This document shows, one piece after another, positions 39,322-51,330 of a DNA stretch of 64,000 nt; position 1 is the stretch's first letter, and every line of letters begins with the position of its first letter. The notes below the pieces were generated by a model. The model did no database searches. It was not told where the DNA came from and saw nothing but the letters and a program-made list of their open reading frames with translations. Both the position numbers and the translations under genes were made by a program. The DNA is from Octopus bimaculoides (lineage: Eukaryota), in contig NC_068986.1 of the NCBI RefSeq assembly GCF_001194135.2, positions 24,160,572 to 24,224,571 on the forward strand, in the 5' to 3' direction.

Positions 39322-40135
39322 CTTATAAAACTTAGATAACTTACATTGGTTTCGGCCATTATCGGCCCAGGCCATGACTAACTCAATAGCACCACCTGGA
39401 AAAGTATTTTAGTTAATTATTTCGGGACACCATGGACCATTCGAGCAGAGAGTTGTTGTTGGTTGAGACATATCTAGGTGTAGGTGGGTTATCCGGTATT
39501 TCCTGGAGGAATTTGTCCAGGTACCATTTGAAAGGTGTGGGGTCTTTTTCTACTTTAATTTCTTTTGGGATAACATTGAAATGAGCAGGACCATTTGCAG
39601 TGATGAGATTGTGTCGCAATGTTCTTAGGTGATGTGATTTCGACCTTTGTAGGGGACGCCTTGCACGGGGGCCTGGTCGTGGGTGAATTGTAACCATAAT
39701 ACCGATATCATCTGGATAATATTGATGGAATATTTTCCACATGATGTAATTAATGTATCACTCACGGTGGTGTTGCAGAGAATAGTTTCAGCTGTTTAAG
39801 TCGAGCCCTATAATCAAGTCCCGTCATATCATTTATTTTTTTAGTGATTGATATGCTCACTTAATGACTTTCTTAAGCTTAGCGTCATCTGCAAACATTT
39901 TAATGGTGCTATATTCAATGGAATCTGCACTGTCATTGATATAGACAATAAAAAAGAAGTGGACCCAGCACAGTACCCTGCGAGACTCCGCTGATGGCTT
40001 TTGCTGGTTTTAAGTGGATGCCATCCACCACAACATGTTGGGTCCTGTTTGTTAAGAAATACTTAATCTATTGAAATAGCTTTCCACCAACTCCAGCGTT
40101 GGATAGATTCCTTAACAGCATATTGTGGGATACAA
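39322..40135 (-). mobile_element. CR1/L2-group non-LTR retrotransposon remnant with internal deletion
   Basis: RT motifs VSHNMLL..FLTNRTQHVVVDG..SGVSQGTVLGPLLFIVYIND..KMFADD, then deletion, then GLDYRARLKQLKLFSLQ..WKI..HPRPG..GPAHFNVIP..FKWYLDKFLQEIPDNP..NSLLEW, 3' UTR and tail. Confidence 0.9.
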
Positions 40136-41835
40136 GTAGGGATGCAAATTTTGATTTTGCAGTGTTCAAACATTTTAGGAGGTGCGCCTGCAACTCCTGT
40201 CCTCGGACACATGGACGTAAACGAAGAAAATACTTTCAGTGACTAGAATTAGTTTCAAAGAACAGTCAAAGCAAGTTTCTTTATTTCTGCCTTGAGAAAT
40301 ACATTAAATCCCCGATCACATATAGTATTTTCGGTTAAAATATAGAGTAGGTTTTGGTACAGTAAAATGAATCCAGTATCACGAAGCTGTCGTCAGTGTT
40401 ATAGGCAAGTAGGAATATGTTTAATGAAACATGTCTAGGCCTTGGTTTCGATCACATGCTGGAAGGACTTTGATGACTCTAATGTTATTTGTAAAAGCTT
40501 ATATATTACAGTGAATTATTTAACCTACAAAAATGGAAGTACAATGCCTCAACTATTCAAACTGTCTGTTCATAATGATCGCTTAATAATACATAATGAG
40601 AACTTTTGTACTGAAAAGTTACTGAGTTTGTGTAAGTGTTTTTGCCTTTTTCTTCAATCTAACTAATATCAACAACGTCAGCTGGCATCAACCGAAAATC
40701 GAAAACACTTTACGTTCCTCGCCTCTTACTAAATATTCTGCAGATAAGAAATCAAGCTGCTTTACTGAGTACAGTGAACATATTTGCTTATACTTTTCAG
40801 TGAGTGTATTTCATACCATTACATGAAATACAACTTTAAATTCAGCGAATTTGAAATGCAGCTTAGTTTTTTTTTTTTTTTTTTTACTTCTGATCATGAA
40901 AGAGGTTTCAGAAATCCGATTATAGTTTAAACTAAACCAAAGTTAAATCAGCGTAATAAATCTCCAATAATATTCTAAAATAATACCATACGATATTTTT
41001 TTATATGTAATGATAGGTATATTTTATTAGACAAATCTGATATTGTTGTAGATGTCAGTGGTTGTTATTTGGCATTTGAGCAAGTGACTTTAAAATGACA
41101 AGCGTATTTACGAACGTATGGNNNNNNNNNNNNNNNNNNNNNNNNNNNNNNNNNNNNNNNNNNNNNNNNNNNNNNNNNNNNNNNNNNNNNNNNNNNNNNN
41201 NNNNNNNNNNNNNNNNNNNNNNNNNNNNNNNNNNNNNNNNNNNNNNNNNNNNNNNNNNNNNNNNNNNNNNNNNNNNNNNNNNNNNNNNNNNNNNNNNNNN
41301 NNNNNNNNNNNNNNNNNNNNNNNNNNNNNNNNNNNNNNNNNNTATATATATATGAATATACATATATGAATGAAAAAATATACGTTGGTATATATGTATA
41401 TCTATCTATGCATATATATATATATGTTTTATGTGTGTACGTGTGTGCGCGCGTATGTGTATATGTGTGTATATGCGTGTATGAATGTATGTATGTATAC
41501 ATTCAATCCATATGAATAAGTACTCTTTTATAGCTAAAATGACGTATAATTTTTCTGCTTTTCTTAATGTCTTAATATTCCTAAAAGTTTTTAGCTCATA
41601 TTTTCTTTCTTTTTTATATTTCAACTAAAAATAATATGCATATATCTACGAACCGTGTTAAAATAAATCTGGTTGTTAGTGGGATCGATAAAATAATTAC
41701 GCCTCTGGTAAGCTGGTCGATGTTACCATTTATGTTTCGAAGTCTAAAAACTAGAAATAACATAAAACAACACAATCCATAAAATCTAAAATAAATCCCA
41801 TACAAGATAGACGTTTTTTTATATGATATGAATAC

Positions 41836-41886
<51 letters not shown>

Positions 41887-42317
41887 ATATACTTTATTCA
41901 GTAAATTCAATGCAACTAATCCACCACTGTAAAACCAAAGCGAATAAAAAAAAATCGATTACACATGTGACAAAGAATGCATGGTAAACTTCACGAAATA
42001 TTTTCCCAGACGGCATTTAGATAGGTTCCATCCACTTAAACTCAAAGAGAGTAATGTTCTAAATGGTTTGATTCAAGTAGAATTTCACTGCGTATCAGTC
42101 ACGCTTCACTAAAAGATAGCCCAAGAGAGCAGACAGAGTAGCTAAATCAAATCTATTAACAGACTAGTACAGCAATTGTTTTCTGTTGTCTACATCTATG
42201 AAATAAACAGCCTAATTATACACATATTTCTGACTTTCTCATACAAAAGGATAAAAACAGCTAGAAGAAGTTTTGTTCTACTTCAAAGAACACGACTGAA
42301 AAACTTTCTTTATATGA

Positions 42318-42368
42318 TGCACGAAGTTACAAATTGCACGAAGTTACAGATTGCACGAAGTTACAGAT
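42318..42368. repeat. 17-bp tandem repeat x3 (TGCACGAAGTTACA(A/G)AT)
   Basis: Units at 42318, 42335 and 42352. Confidence 0.9.
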
Positions 42369-44271
42369 TAAAGAACAGTTGTACCATATGGTCTTTATAA
42401 TATATAGTTCCCATAAAATTGCTTTCTTAATCTAACATATTAATTCATATCATTAGGCAATAAACTCGGTTTTCAACTAGGACTATGGATATATGTACAT
42501 ATTCGCGTATATACGTGTGTGTGTGTGTGTATGTATGTCTGTGTGTGTGTGCCTGCGTACGAGCATGCGTGTATGTTTGCAAATATACGTGTACATATGT
42601 GTACGTATGGGGGGTTCCATATATGTGATGCGTGTGTGTGATTGCATATCTTTTATGAAACTGCTAAAAGTGAATTCATTGCAATTTAAGTCTAAGTACT
42701 CAATACAATAAATAGAGTGAAGGAAGAAACTCGTTAAACACATCTTCATAAACAAAAAGGTATAATTCCGTGTATGTATGTGCGTAACTAAATGTGTGTG
42801 TGTGTGTATGTGTGTGTGTACGCGTGCCCAATGAGTTGGTATTTCTGTAAACTTATATATAAGTACATAGATATAATTAGCGGGTTATGGATCAACCTAT
42901 TTGTAATGGGCAATCTCAACTGCCTAAAAGATGGCTAATCTTATGCTCTATTGATCCCGCATTATATTTATGGCTAAAAATACTTAACTTTCCAAGGTTC
43001 GGTACACAAGTGTGTAAGTAGAGACAGCTCAATTCTACGTCACTACAATACTGTAAAACGGATGACTGTGTAGACTCTGTCTTCTAAACTAGAAACATTT
43101 TCATTGATTTCAGTGTCAGAAGTCACCAAGAGAAACAATAAAATCCTAATTAATATCACGACTGTGTAATCATCAATTGTCTCGAATTCCAGTCCTTAGT
43201 TTGATTTTACCGAAATAGAGATTTATGGTCTAAAGCAGTTTATGTTGTAATATGTAGTTTAAATGGAAAGCAATCGCAGTCGTTATGAGGCTTGCATTGG
43301 TTATTTCAATTTCTTGCAGATGTGGAAGCCTCTACGTCGTGACACGGACTACTGTAACAAATAACCTAATCTACACCAAATCTTAGCTAACTGCGTTAAA
43401 ATGAACAAAATGTGCATGAATAGTGTTCAGCTTCGGACAACATGACTGGAAAATAAAATGAGTAGGCCATATTTGGATTCTCCTTGCCCATTGAGATACT
43501 CGGCGATAAATGCTAGTAGACAGGGGCTAATTGACTTTGTCTTGCTTAGACTGTTGGAGTGTACTATGATGTATTCATATGGTATATATGAGTTATTATA
43601 TAGTGCATAACAAGATGAATGATTATGGCATTCACTGGCATAAATATAGCAAAACTAACATGCGTAACACGATCACCGGGACATATCGATCTAAATACAA
43701 AGACACGCGCACACTCAAACACGTACTTACACACACGTATACACACACGCAAACACACACGCAAACACACTCACACATGTATATATATANNNNNNNNNNN
43801 NNNNNNNNNNNNNNNNNNNNNNNNNNNNNNNNNNNNNNNNNNNNNNNNNNNNNNNNNNNNNNNNNNNNNNNNNNNNNNNNNNNNNNNNNNNNNNNNNNNN
43901 NNNNNNNNNNNNNNNNNNNNNNNNNNNNNNNNNNNNNNNNNNNNNNNNNNNNNNNNNNNNNNNNNNNNNNNNNNNNNNNNNNNNNNNNNNNNNNNNNNNN
44001 NNNNNNNNNNNNNNNNNNNNNNNNNNNNNNNNNNNNNNNNNNNNNNNNNNNNNNNNNNNNNNNNNNNNNNNNNNNNNNNNNNNNNNNNNNNNNNNNNNNN
44101 NNNNNNNNNNNNNNNNNNNNNNNNNNNNNNNNNNNNNNNNNNNNNNNNNNNNNNNNNNNNNNNNNNNNNNNNNNNNNNNNNNNNNNNNNNNNNNNNNNNN
44201 NNNNNNNNNNNNNNNNNNNNNNNNNNNNNNNNNNNNNNNNNNNNNNNNNNNNNNNNNNNNNNNNNNNNNNN

Positions 44272-44301
44272 TATTATTATTATTATTATTATATAATTAT
44301 T

Positions 44302-44388
<87 letters not shown>
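44272..44388. repeat. (ATT)n tail of the adjacent R4/Dong element
   Basis: Read directly from the sequence. Confidence 0.95.
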
Positions 44389-44389
<1 letters not shown>

Positions 44390-44725
44390 TTTCGTACACA
44401 GTGTAGGTAAAAATGCAACCGAGTCTAGTCATCTGTCAAGTCACAACAAGGATCTCAGACAGATAATACTTTGCTTAAGATATGCGCTGTGCCCAATAAG
44501 GCTGCTTTTTGCAAGACTTCAATCTTGCATGGGGTTTCCAGTTGCCTTAAGAAGTTTTGAAGCTTCAATGGGATTGCGCCCAACGTTCCGATTACCACTG
44601 GTCTCACTTTTACATTTCCCTCTTGCATTCCATACAGTCTTACCATTTCCACTTTCAATTCGGAGTACTTGGTTATTTTTTTCGAGCTCTTTACTCACAA
44701 CATTCATGTCATCTGGTATGACTAC
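44389..44725 (-). mobile_element. 5'-truncated R4/Dong-type non-LTR element (second subfamily)
   Basis: VVIPDDMNVVSKELEK(frameshift)ITKYSELKVEMVRL..VRPVVIGTLGAI..IEVLQKAALLGTAHILSKVLSV*, a restriction-like endonuclease C-terminus; (AAT)n on both flanks. Confidence 0.9.
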
Positions 44726-44752
44726 ATTATTATTACTATTATTATTATTATT

Positions 44753-45945
44753 GAGTGAGACAGCAGTCCATGTCATCCCACATTTATCTTCACGGCCACT
44801 CCGATCATCCACATCATCTTATTTGGTCAAATCCGAAATCCCAATATTTGAGGATAAAATGGATTTGTACTGACATAGGGGATTACCGGAAACATGCAAA
44901 TGCTTTTGTATATCATTATGTCAAACGCGGTTACAGTGAATGACGAATAAAGGAAATAGCAAATGAAATAGCTACGATTAGTAAAGATAGTCAAACCTTC
45001 ACGCATAATTTTAGCAAACACAATACAATTGATGACAGATTTCATTTAGTGATTAACTGGCATTTCAAAAGTGTTGCATGAAAGTTACCAGCATGTGGCG
45101 AAAAGATATCCTCGTTTCAAACAGATATTTCGTCAGCTGCCTATTGTAGCCTTTAAACGGTATAAGAATATAAGAGAATTATTGACCTCTATTTCTGACT
45201 CAAAGAAAACGAACATTGACGTATCTGCACGATGTACCTTAAAGAACAGCCGCATGAGAGGTAAGCCCTGTTCATTGTGCAACAACATGAGTGAAGTGAA
45301 TTCCACCAGAAATCATAACAGAAATGTTATGATTTATACAGAAAGTGGAACATGTAAAGATTCTCATTTAGTGTACGCTGCAGAAAGCACGAAACACAAC
45401 TTAATTTATGTTGGTTGTACAACAGAACAATTAAATAAAAGGTTTAATGGGCACAGATCTACGTCAGTAGTTCAACAGAACTTGCTGAACATTTCGTTTC
45501 AAGTGGCTGCAATTTTGAAGAGGACTTGAAAATGCATATTCTGAAAAAATATTCTGAAACTGCTTCACTTTCACTTCTCAGAATGTATGGAAAAATATGT
45601 TTGCGGGTTATTAACATCAGGCCCTGGAGGAATGAGTAAGAGGACAGGAGAATATCATCGAATTTATAAAAAATTGCTTGATTAAATATTCTTCTTTCTC
45701 TCTTTTTTCTTTCCTCTTGTTTTCTGTCGTCTTCTTTTTTCTGTTTTTTTCAGTCTTTTTCTTTTCGCCTGTTATAAAATTGTAACTTAAAAACTGATGA
45801 TGTCATTCCATCGACTAATGGACGCTGGTTGCTCTCGTTCATACTTTACGTTTAAATTTCTGTAATTTTGAATGTTGATCACTTCTTATTTTGAACTTGA
45901 CATAGACAGACTCACTGTTGAAATATCGTTCAACCAATAAGATAC
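44753..45945 (+). mobile_element. Penelope-like element 3' remnant (RT thumb + GIY-YIG endonuclease + 3' UTR)
   Basis: HIYLHGHSDHPHH..NPKSQYLRIKWICTD..KRGY (PLE thumb); CSLC..GTCKDSHLVY..IYVGCTTEQLNKRFNGHRS (GIY-YIG); GLLTSGPGGMSK; stop ~45684; pyrimidine-rich UTR. Confidence 0.9.
45891..45940 (+). ncRNA. decayed hammerhead motif at the Penelope 3' end
   Basis: Stem I TTGAAC/GTTCAA; altered core TTGACATA; stem II GACAG-ACTCA-CTGTT; GAAA; TA-TC; followed by AATAAG. Confidence 0.4.
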
Positions 45946-45984
45946 CTTACAATAGAATCGCGCTCCTTGTCTTGAATGATTCCA

Positions 45985-46034
<50 letters not shown>

Positions 46035-46080
46035 GTTCGCCTGTAAAGCGCGTTCACTGGCTCAATGTTCGTTGGGTATG

Positions 46081-46431
46081 TAATTAAAGAAAGAGACAGA
46101 AGATGGCAGATACGACAACCTTTATTGGTCACTATACTTGTCTCAACCCATCTAGCATCGATTCCTCGCGCGTCGGATATTATACAAGTGGCTTAGATGT
46201 ATCCCCGGGTGTAGATATGTCTCCTCAGGTGGTTTAAAGTGGTATCTTGTGAAACAGTTTATTTTAACGAGATACTTCCTGAACTTGCCTGAGGAAGCAC
46301 GTATACACCGAGGGATACACCTAAACTAGTTGCATAGCATCCCACCTGAGAGAGATTAATGCTAGATGGGTCGAAACAACTGTAATGAACAATAAAATGC
46401 TTGTGTCTTCCGTCTGTCGTCTTTCTAATTA
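46081..46431. repeat. ~350-bp degenerate palindrome, inverted pair of Penelope-type termini each with a hammerhead-like motif
   Basis: 46081-46253 aligns to the reverse complement of 46265-46431 (e.g. ACCCATCTAGCAT, TGTATCCC..GGTGTA, TCCTCAGG, TTTATTG). Confidence 0.8.
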
Positions 46432-48519
46432 ATCACAAACGCACACATAAACACACACACATGCACGAACACACACATACACACACATACACGGTCGCCT
46501 GTGTTTGTATGTGTATGTATCTGTCTGCGTATGTCACTGTGTGCAGGTGGATTTTTAATAAAGAAAAAGAGGAAGACGGGCTGGTTAAGTGAGTTAATTG
46601 CTTATTTCCTTGTGTCCATAGCTGACAACTGCATATTACAGATGCCATTCAAAGTTTATGATTACGTTTTTACGCATCTGATTGTTTTCCCTTTCTCAAA
46701 ATTCATCTAGTTATTATCGAAATGGCAAAGTTCCTTATTTATTCAGTTACTTGAAAAGTAGACATTTATTTATTTAATCAGTGCATCTTTAGGTATTTGG
46801 TGCTATGGGAATTTTTTTTAAGGCATGCACTGTTCTGTGTGCGCATGGATGCGCGTGGGAATTTGGATAAACCTATAACTGTTTATATGTATATTCCACA
46901 CGTATATATGATCGATCAGATGACTGTTGTTTCATCATGCTGTTAATTACAGTTAAACAAAATAAACTATGGATTCCATGCTGTTAATAAGAGTGGAATA
47001 GCTTTATTTTTTCAAACTTGAAATTGTGTATGCTACTATAAGGTTATATTTACAAACACAATGATAAAATATGATGTAACAAGACAAACATTCTTGAAGA
47101 ACGCTGAGCTTTAAACTTTCACTAAATTATAAATATACTTGATATATTATTTGATTCTAATGGTATGTATTTCAACTAGAATTCTCTGAGATAATATATT
47201 GTAATTTGGAAAGATAAGCTTTATCTGTTGAAAATCTGTGATGGATACATTTTGAAGTAAAGACTTTGTTTATGACCGATTAAATATTTCTATGCTGTCT
47301 TTGAAGCAAAGAAAACTAATATCTCAGCGATGTAATAACTAAGTCTATTTATTTGTCCGTAAGATATACAAGGCCTAGTTATAATTTGTGCTAGTATATC
47401 GCATTTCAACCTCGAATTGACATTCACAGAATTTGGTTGTCTAAGATGATTAAAAGAAAAAGTTCATACAAGAATAAAATAGGAGGTGAAAAGGAAACCA
47501 TTAAAATTCCTTCTCAATCGATTGCTTGTATTTTCTATTTTAAAATATGAGTAGGGAAATGAGGTTGTGGGGTGGGGGGTAAGAATGACTTACTGTTCTT
47601 CTGAAGATTTCGTTATTTTATTATGAATGTTTCTTGTGCAATATGTTTTTGAAATAACATTTTAAAAATCAAAAATATTCCACGCTCAAAAATGTGATTA
47701 GTTTTACAATACAAGAGAATTAAAAATCGAAGAACGGAATAAATTTAAAATCAATGTCTACTTTTATTAACTTTTAAAGAAATAAACCTTTTTTTTAAAA
47801 GGATATGTATGGCAAGCAAACAGGTATTAATGACAGGGAAAAAATGACGTTAATGTTTTGGGCTTTCGCAGTTGGTACGTAATAAACAATTATCTTCTGA
47901 AAAAGTCGTAAATTTTCTTGTTTCTATTCAACTGTTTATACACTTGAAATATGTTTTCTACAGAAGATGTTAGACAAAGAAATATAATTGAAAAAGGAAA
48001 TGTCATGTCAAATTACTTTATATTACCTCGATGAATTCCAGTTGAAATACATTTCAATATACAGCCACATACGGCTTCAGATGTATTTAGAATAAGCTGG
48101 AAGTTATAAAACACCGTGTAGTTTACAGCAAAAGTTTGCCATTGGGTTAAAATAATTTCCTTAATTCATTTCTCGCAGTTTATATGGATGCTGGAATCGG
48201 AGGGTTGCCAGGTTTATATACTACATAGAACTAAGCTCACGAATCATGAGTTCTGGAAGCACCATATTGGACGTTTGAATGGGATTTAGAGTAAACTTCA
48301 TTTAAAGTTACCCAAGACAGAATGAGAACAATTGAGTATCCTCTCATCAGCCACAAAATACTGATGATATATATGAACCAACATGGAGAGGAAATATCTT
48401 TGTTGTTTTATATGACTTTAACGTTCCGGATTATATATTTCGTAAAATAATTGTATCGTACATACGTGTGTCTGTTTGAACACGCACACACATATATATG
48501 TAGTAATGCAGATAGACAC

Positions 48520-48560
<41 letters not shown>

Positions 48561-49043
48561 NNNNNNNNNNNNNNNNNNNNNNNNNNNNNNNNNNNNNNNN
48601 NNNNNNNNNNNNNNNNNNNNNNNNNNNNNNNNNNNNNNNNNNNNNNNNNNNNNNNNNNNNNNNNNNNNNNNNNNNNNNNNNNNNNNNNNNNNNNNNNNNN
48701 NNNNNNNNNNNNNNNNNNNNNNNNNNNNNNNNNNNNNNNNNNNNNNNNNNNNNNNNNNNNNNNNNNNNNNNNNNNNNNNNNNNNNNNNNNNNNNNNNNNN
48801 NNNNNNNNNNNNNNNNNNNNNNNNNNNNNNNNNNNNNNNNNNNNNNNNNNNNNNNNNNNNNNNNNNNNNNNNNNNNNNNNNNNNNNNNNNNNNNNNNNNN
48901 NNNNNNNNNNNNNNNNNNNNNNNNNNNNNNNNNNNNNNNNNNNNNNNNNNNNNNNNNNNNNNNNNNNNNNNNNNNNNNNNNNNNNNNNNNNNNNNNNNNN
49001 TATATATATATATATTACTGCCTTCAAACGATATTACTCCCCT

Positions 49044-50282
49044 TGTGTAGCACCGGCAGCGAAAAACCACCGAGGAATGGTGAGCCAATGAACAAGGGGC
49101 CGAACGTGACAGAAAGCGAACAAACAAACAATAGATAAATATGCAATACAGAAAGTGAACATACAAACATGAAGTAAATGTGCAATATACAATATACGAA
49201 CAAAACAGTATTGAAGACGAGACCATTAGTGGACGGACGAGGGATACAATGACGAAGACAAACAAGACGAAATGTGGACATACGAATAAAATTAAATAAA
49301 TTAACTGAATAGGGCCTTAGAGCCAGATAGGAGGCAAAAATATGGTTAACGCCGGGAGGAATATCATAAAGAATTAAATGCAGAAGGAAAACAGAGAGAC
49401 AGCGAACTGTGTTGAAAGCGGGAGACGAGAGAAAATACGACCACTCGGTTCAACGGTCACCGTGAAAACTATGAGCATACAAGCTGAACGTCTGACCTAT
49501 GCCCGCAAAAACAACAATAACAGCAAGCGAAACAACCCAAGCAATATATATTGCGGTATAATCAAACTGTTTCTGATGCAGCACACAATATTTTTGTCTC
49601 TCTCGTCATTCTCCGGAGCAACGCCTTTTTCACTTTGTTTGCTGGAGTCATGACAAACGTTTATATATTGTGAGAGGTAAGATTTTTCAAAATTAATTAA
49701 AGTAAAGGCTGCGTATTTCATTTATAAGAATTCCTTAGAAAGATTAAGAAAACGGTAAGTCGCAGCTTAGCCCCGCTGGCTCGAGCTGAACGGAAGCCTA
49801 CGGCGTCTAGGCCGTGCTTCAGTATTTTATTAAAGGTGGCATGGAAGACAGCCAGCATATGATGGCATGACAATGGGTGGACGCCTAGATGCCGTCGGTT
49901 TCCTTTCTCAGCTCGAGCCGGCAGGGCTAAACCCAGAAGACGGTAAAAACCGTGACGGTATGACAATTTTTTTCCGTTCTGTGACGGTAGGCCTCTCATT
50001 TGAAAATCCACATACCGTGTCACCTTCTCAACCAGCAACTTGGTGTGTTCAGTTACCAGCCCAGTCTGCGATGCTCGTTTGGCTGAGAAAAGCAAACTGT
50101 CAAAGTATTGATCTGACTGGCTTATGGTCGAGCCTGTGGCACTGGAACCTTTGCCATTCTCGGTCCCCGGACCGTATCTCTGTTCACTGCTGTCGGAGCA
50201 TAGTTGGCTATCCGCAACTGTAAGCCCCGTGGGTCAGAGTGGCTGTTACAGCGCATCTTCCTCGCCTCACTCTAGGGCAACA
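49044..50282. mobile_element. probable solo LTR (TGT...ACA) with 5-bp TSD
   Basis: GC-richer 1239-bp block starting TGTGTAG and ending GCAACA, flanked by CCCCT at 49039-49043 and 50283-50287; no coding motifs. Confidence 0.5.
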
Positions 50283-50715
50283 CCCCTTCTCTTTTGTTTG
50301 TTGTGACCATCAGGCAGTCTGAATTACAAGAAATCGAGAGAATGTAAGAATTTAGAAGGTTACTACATTTTACTACAGTTTTTTTCTTATTTTTTGTTAT
50401 TAGTTGCTGTTTCGTGCAAAGAGAATTTTCCTATATTGAAATATGGTATCAAAATAATGTCTAAGTGAAATTAACGATCTTTGTATGTGCCTCAGTGGCT
50501 AATTTTTTATCCCACACTGCAACCCCACCTCTCTCTCTCTCTCTCTCTGCATATGTATATTATGTATGTATGTGTGTGCGTACGTGTGCAAAGGTGTAAA
50601 AGATTATACAGAAGAACGACAAAAGAACACGGAAAAATCATACACGAGATATGAACATGCTCATACATCGATCATCAGTTATCGACCAAAAATCATCAAA
50701 GCTTCGTGCCATTAT

Positions 50716-50787
<72 letters not shown>

Positions 50788-50970
50788 ATATAGATAACTT
50801 CATGTAACTCTCTTCTGTTGTTGACAGTCGGCTCCTGTTGGTGTATTAATATGGCTTCGGAGTTTCTTAGGTTACTTCTGTTGCCCTGTTTTGTCCTGAT
50901 GTGTTTTGTGATCTCACAGGTCTGGCATTTTCGTAGTGTGTATTATCTGTCTGTCGAGTCACTCCGAAGT

Positions 50971-51330
50971 GGGCCCGAGGCTATAGTAGAATACACTAGA
51001 ATACACAAGGCGGCGAGCTGGCAGAAACGTTAGCACGCCGGGCGAAATGATTAGCGGTATTTCGTCTGCCGCTACGTTCTGAGTTCAAATTCCGCCGAGG
51101 TCGACTTTGCCTTTCATCCTTTCGGGGTCGATTAAATAAGTACCAGTTACGCACTGCGGTCGGTATAATCGACTTAATCCGTTTGTCTGTCCTTGTTTGT
51201 CCCCTCTGTGTGTAGCCCCTGGTGGGTAGTAAAGAAATAACACTAGTCCAAGATTCCACGCAGTGGGATTGAACCAGAACTATTTGGTTGAATAGCAATC
51301 TTCTGACCACGCAGCCATGCCTGCGCCTAT
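50971..51330 (-). mobile_element. SINE-B 5' half interrupted by SINE-A
   Basis: GCCCGAGGCTATAGTAGAA.ACACT (50971-50999) resumes at 51240 as ACACTAGTCCAAG..CCACGCAGTGGG..CAGCCATGCCTGCGCCT. Confidence 0.85.
51007..51239 (+). mobile_element. full-length SINE-A (tail type 2)
   Basis: AAGGCGGCGAGCTGGCAGAAACGTTAGCACGCCGGGCG..GAGTTCAAATTCC..GAGGTCGACTTTGCCTTTCATCCTTTCGGGGTCGA..AAAGAAATAA; TSD ACACTAG. Confidence 0.92.

Noticed and set aside
42318-42368. Short repeat array as a possible CRISPR
   Set aside because: Head-to-tail tandem units with no spacers, eukaryotic context and no cas genes.
48335-48365. CTGATGA motifs on both strands
   Set aside because: No GAAA follows the possible stem II; not a hammerhead.
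49718-50223. Overlapping 118-125 aa ORFs on both strands
   Set aside because: They arise from GC-rich, stop-poor LTR-like sequence; the shared LDAVGF peptide simply reflects the inverted repeat.
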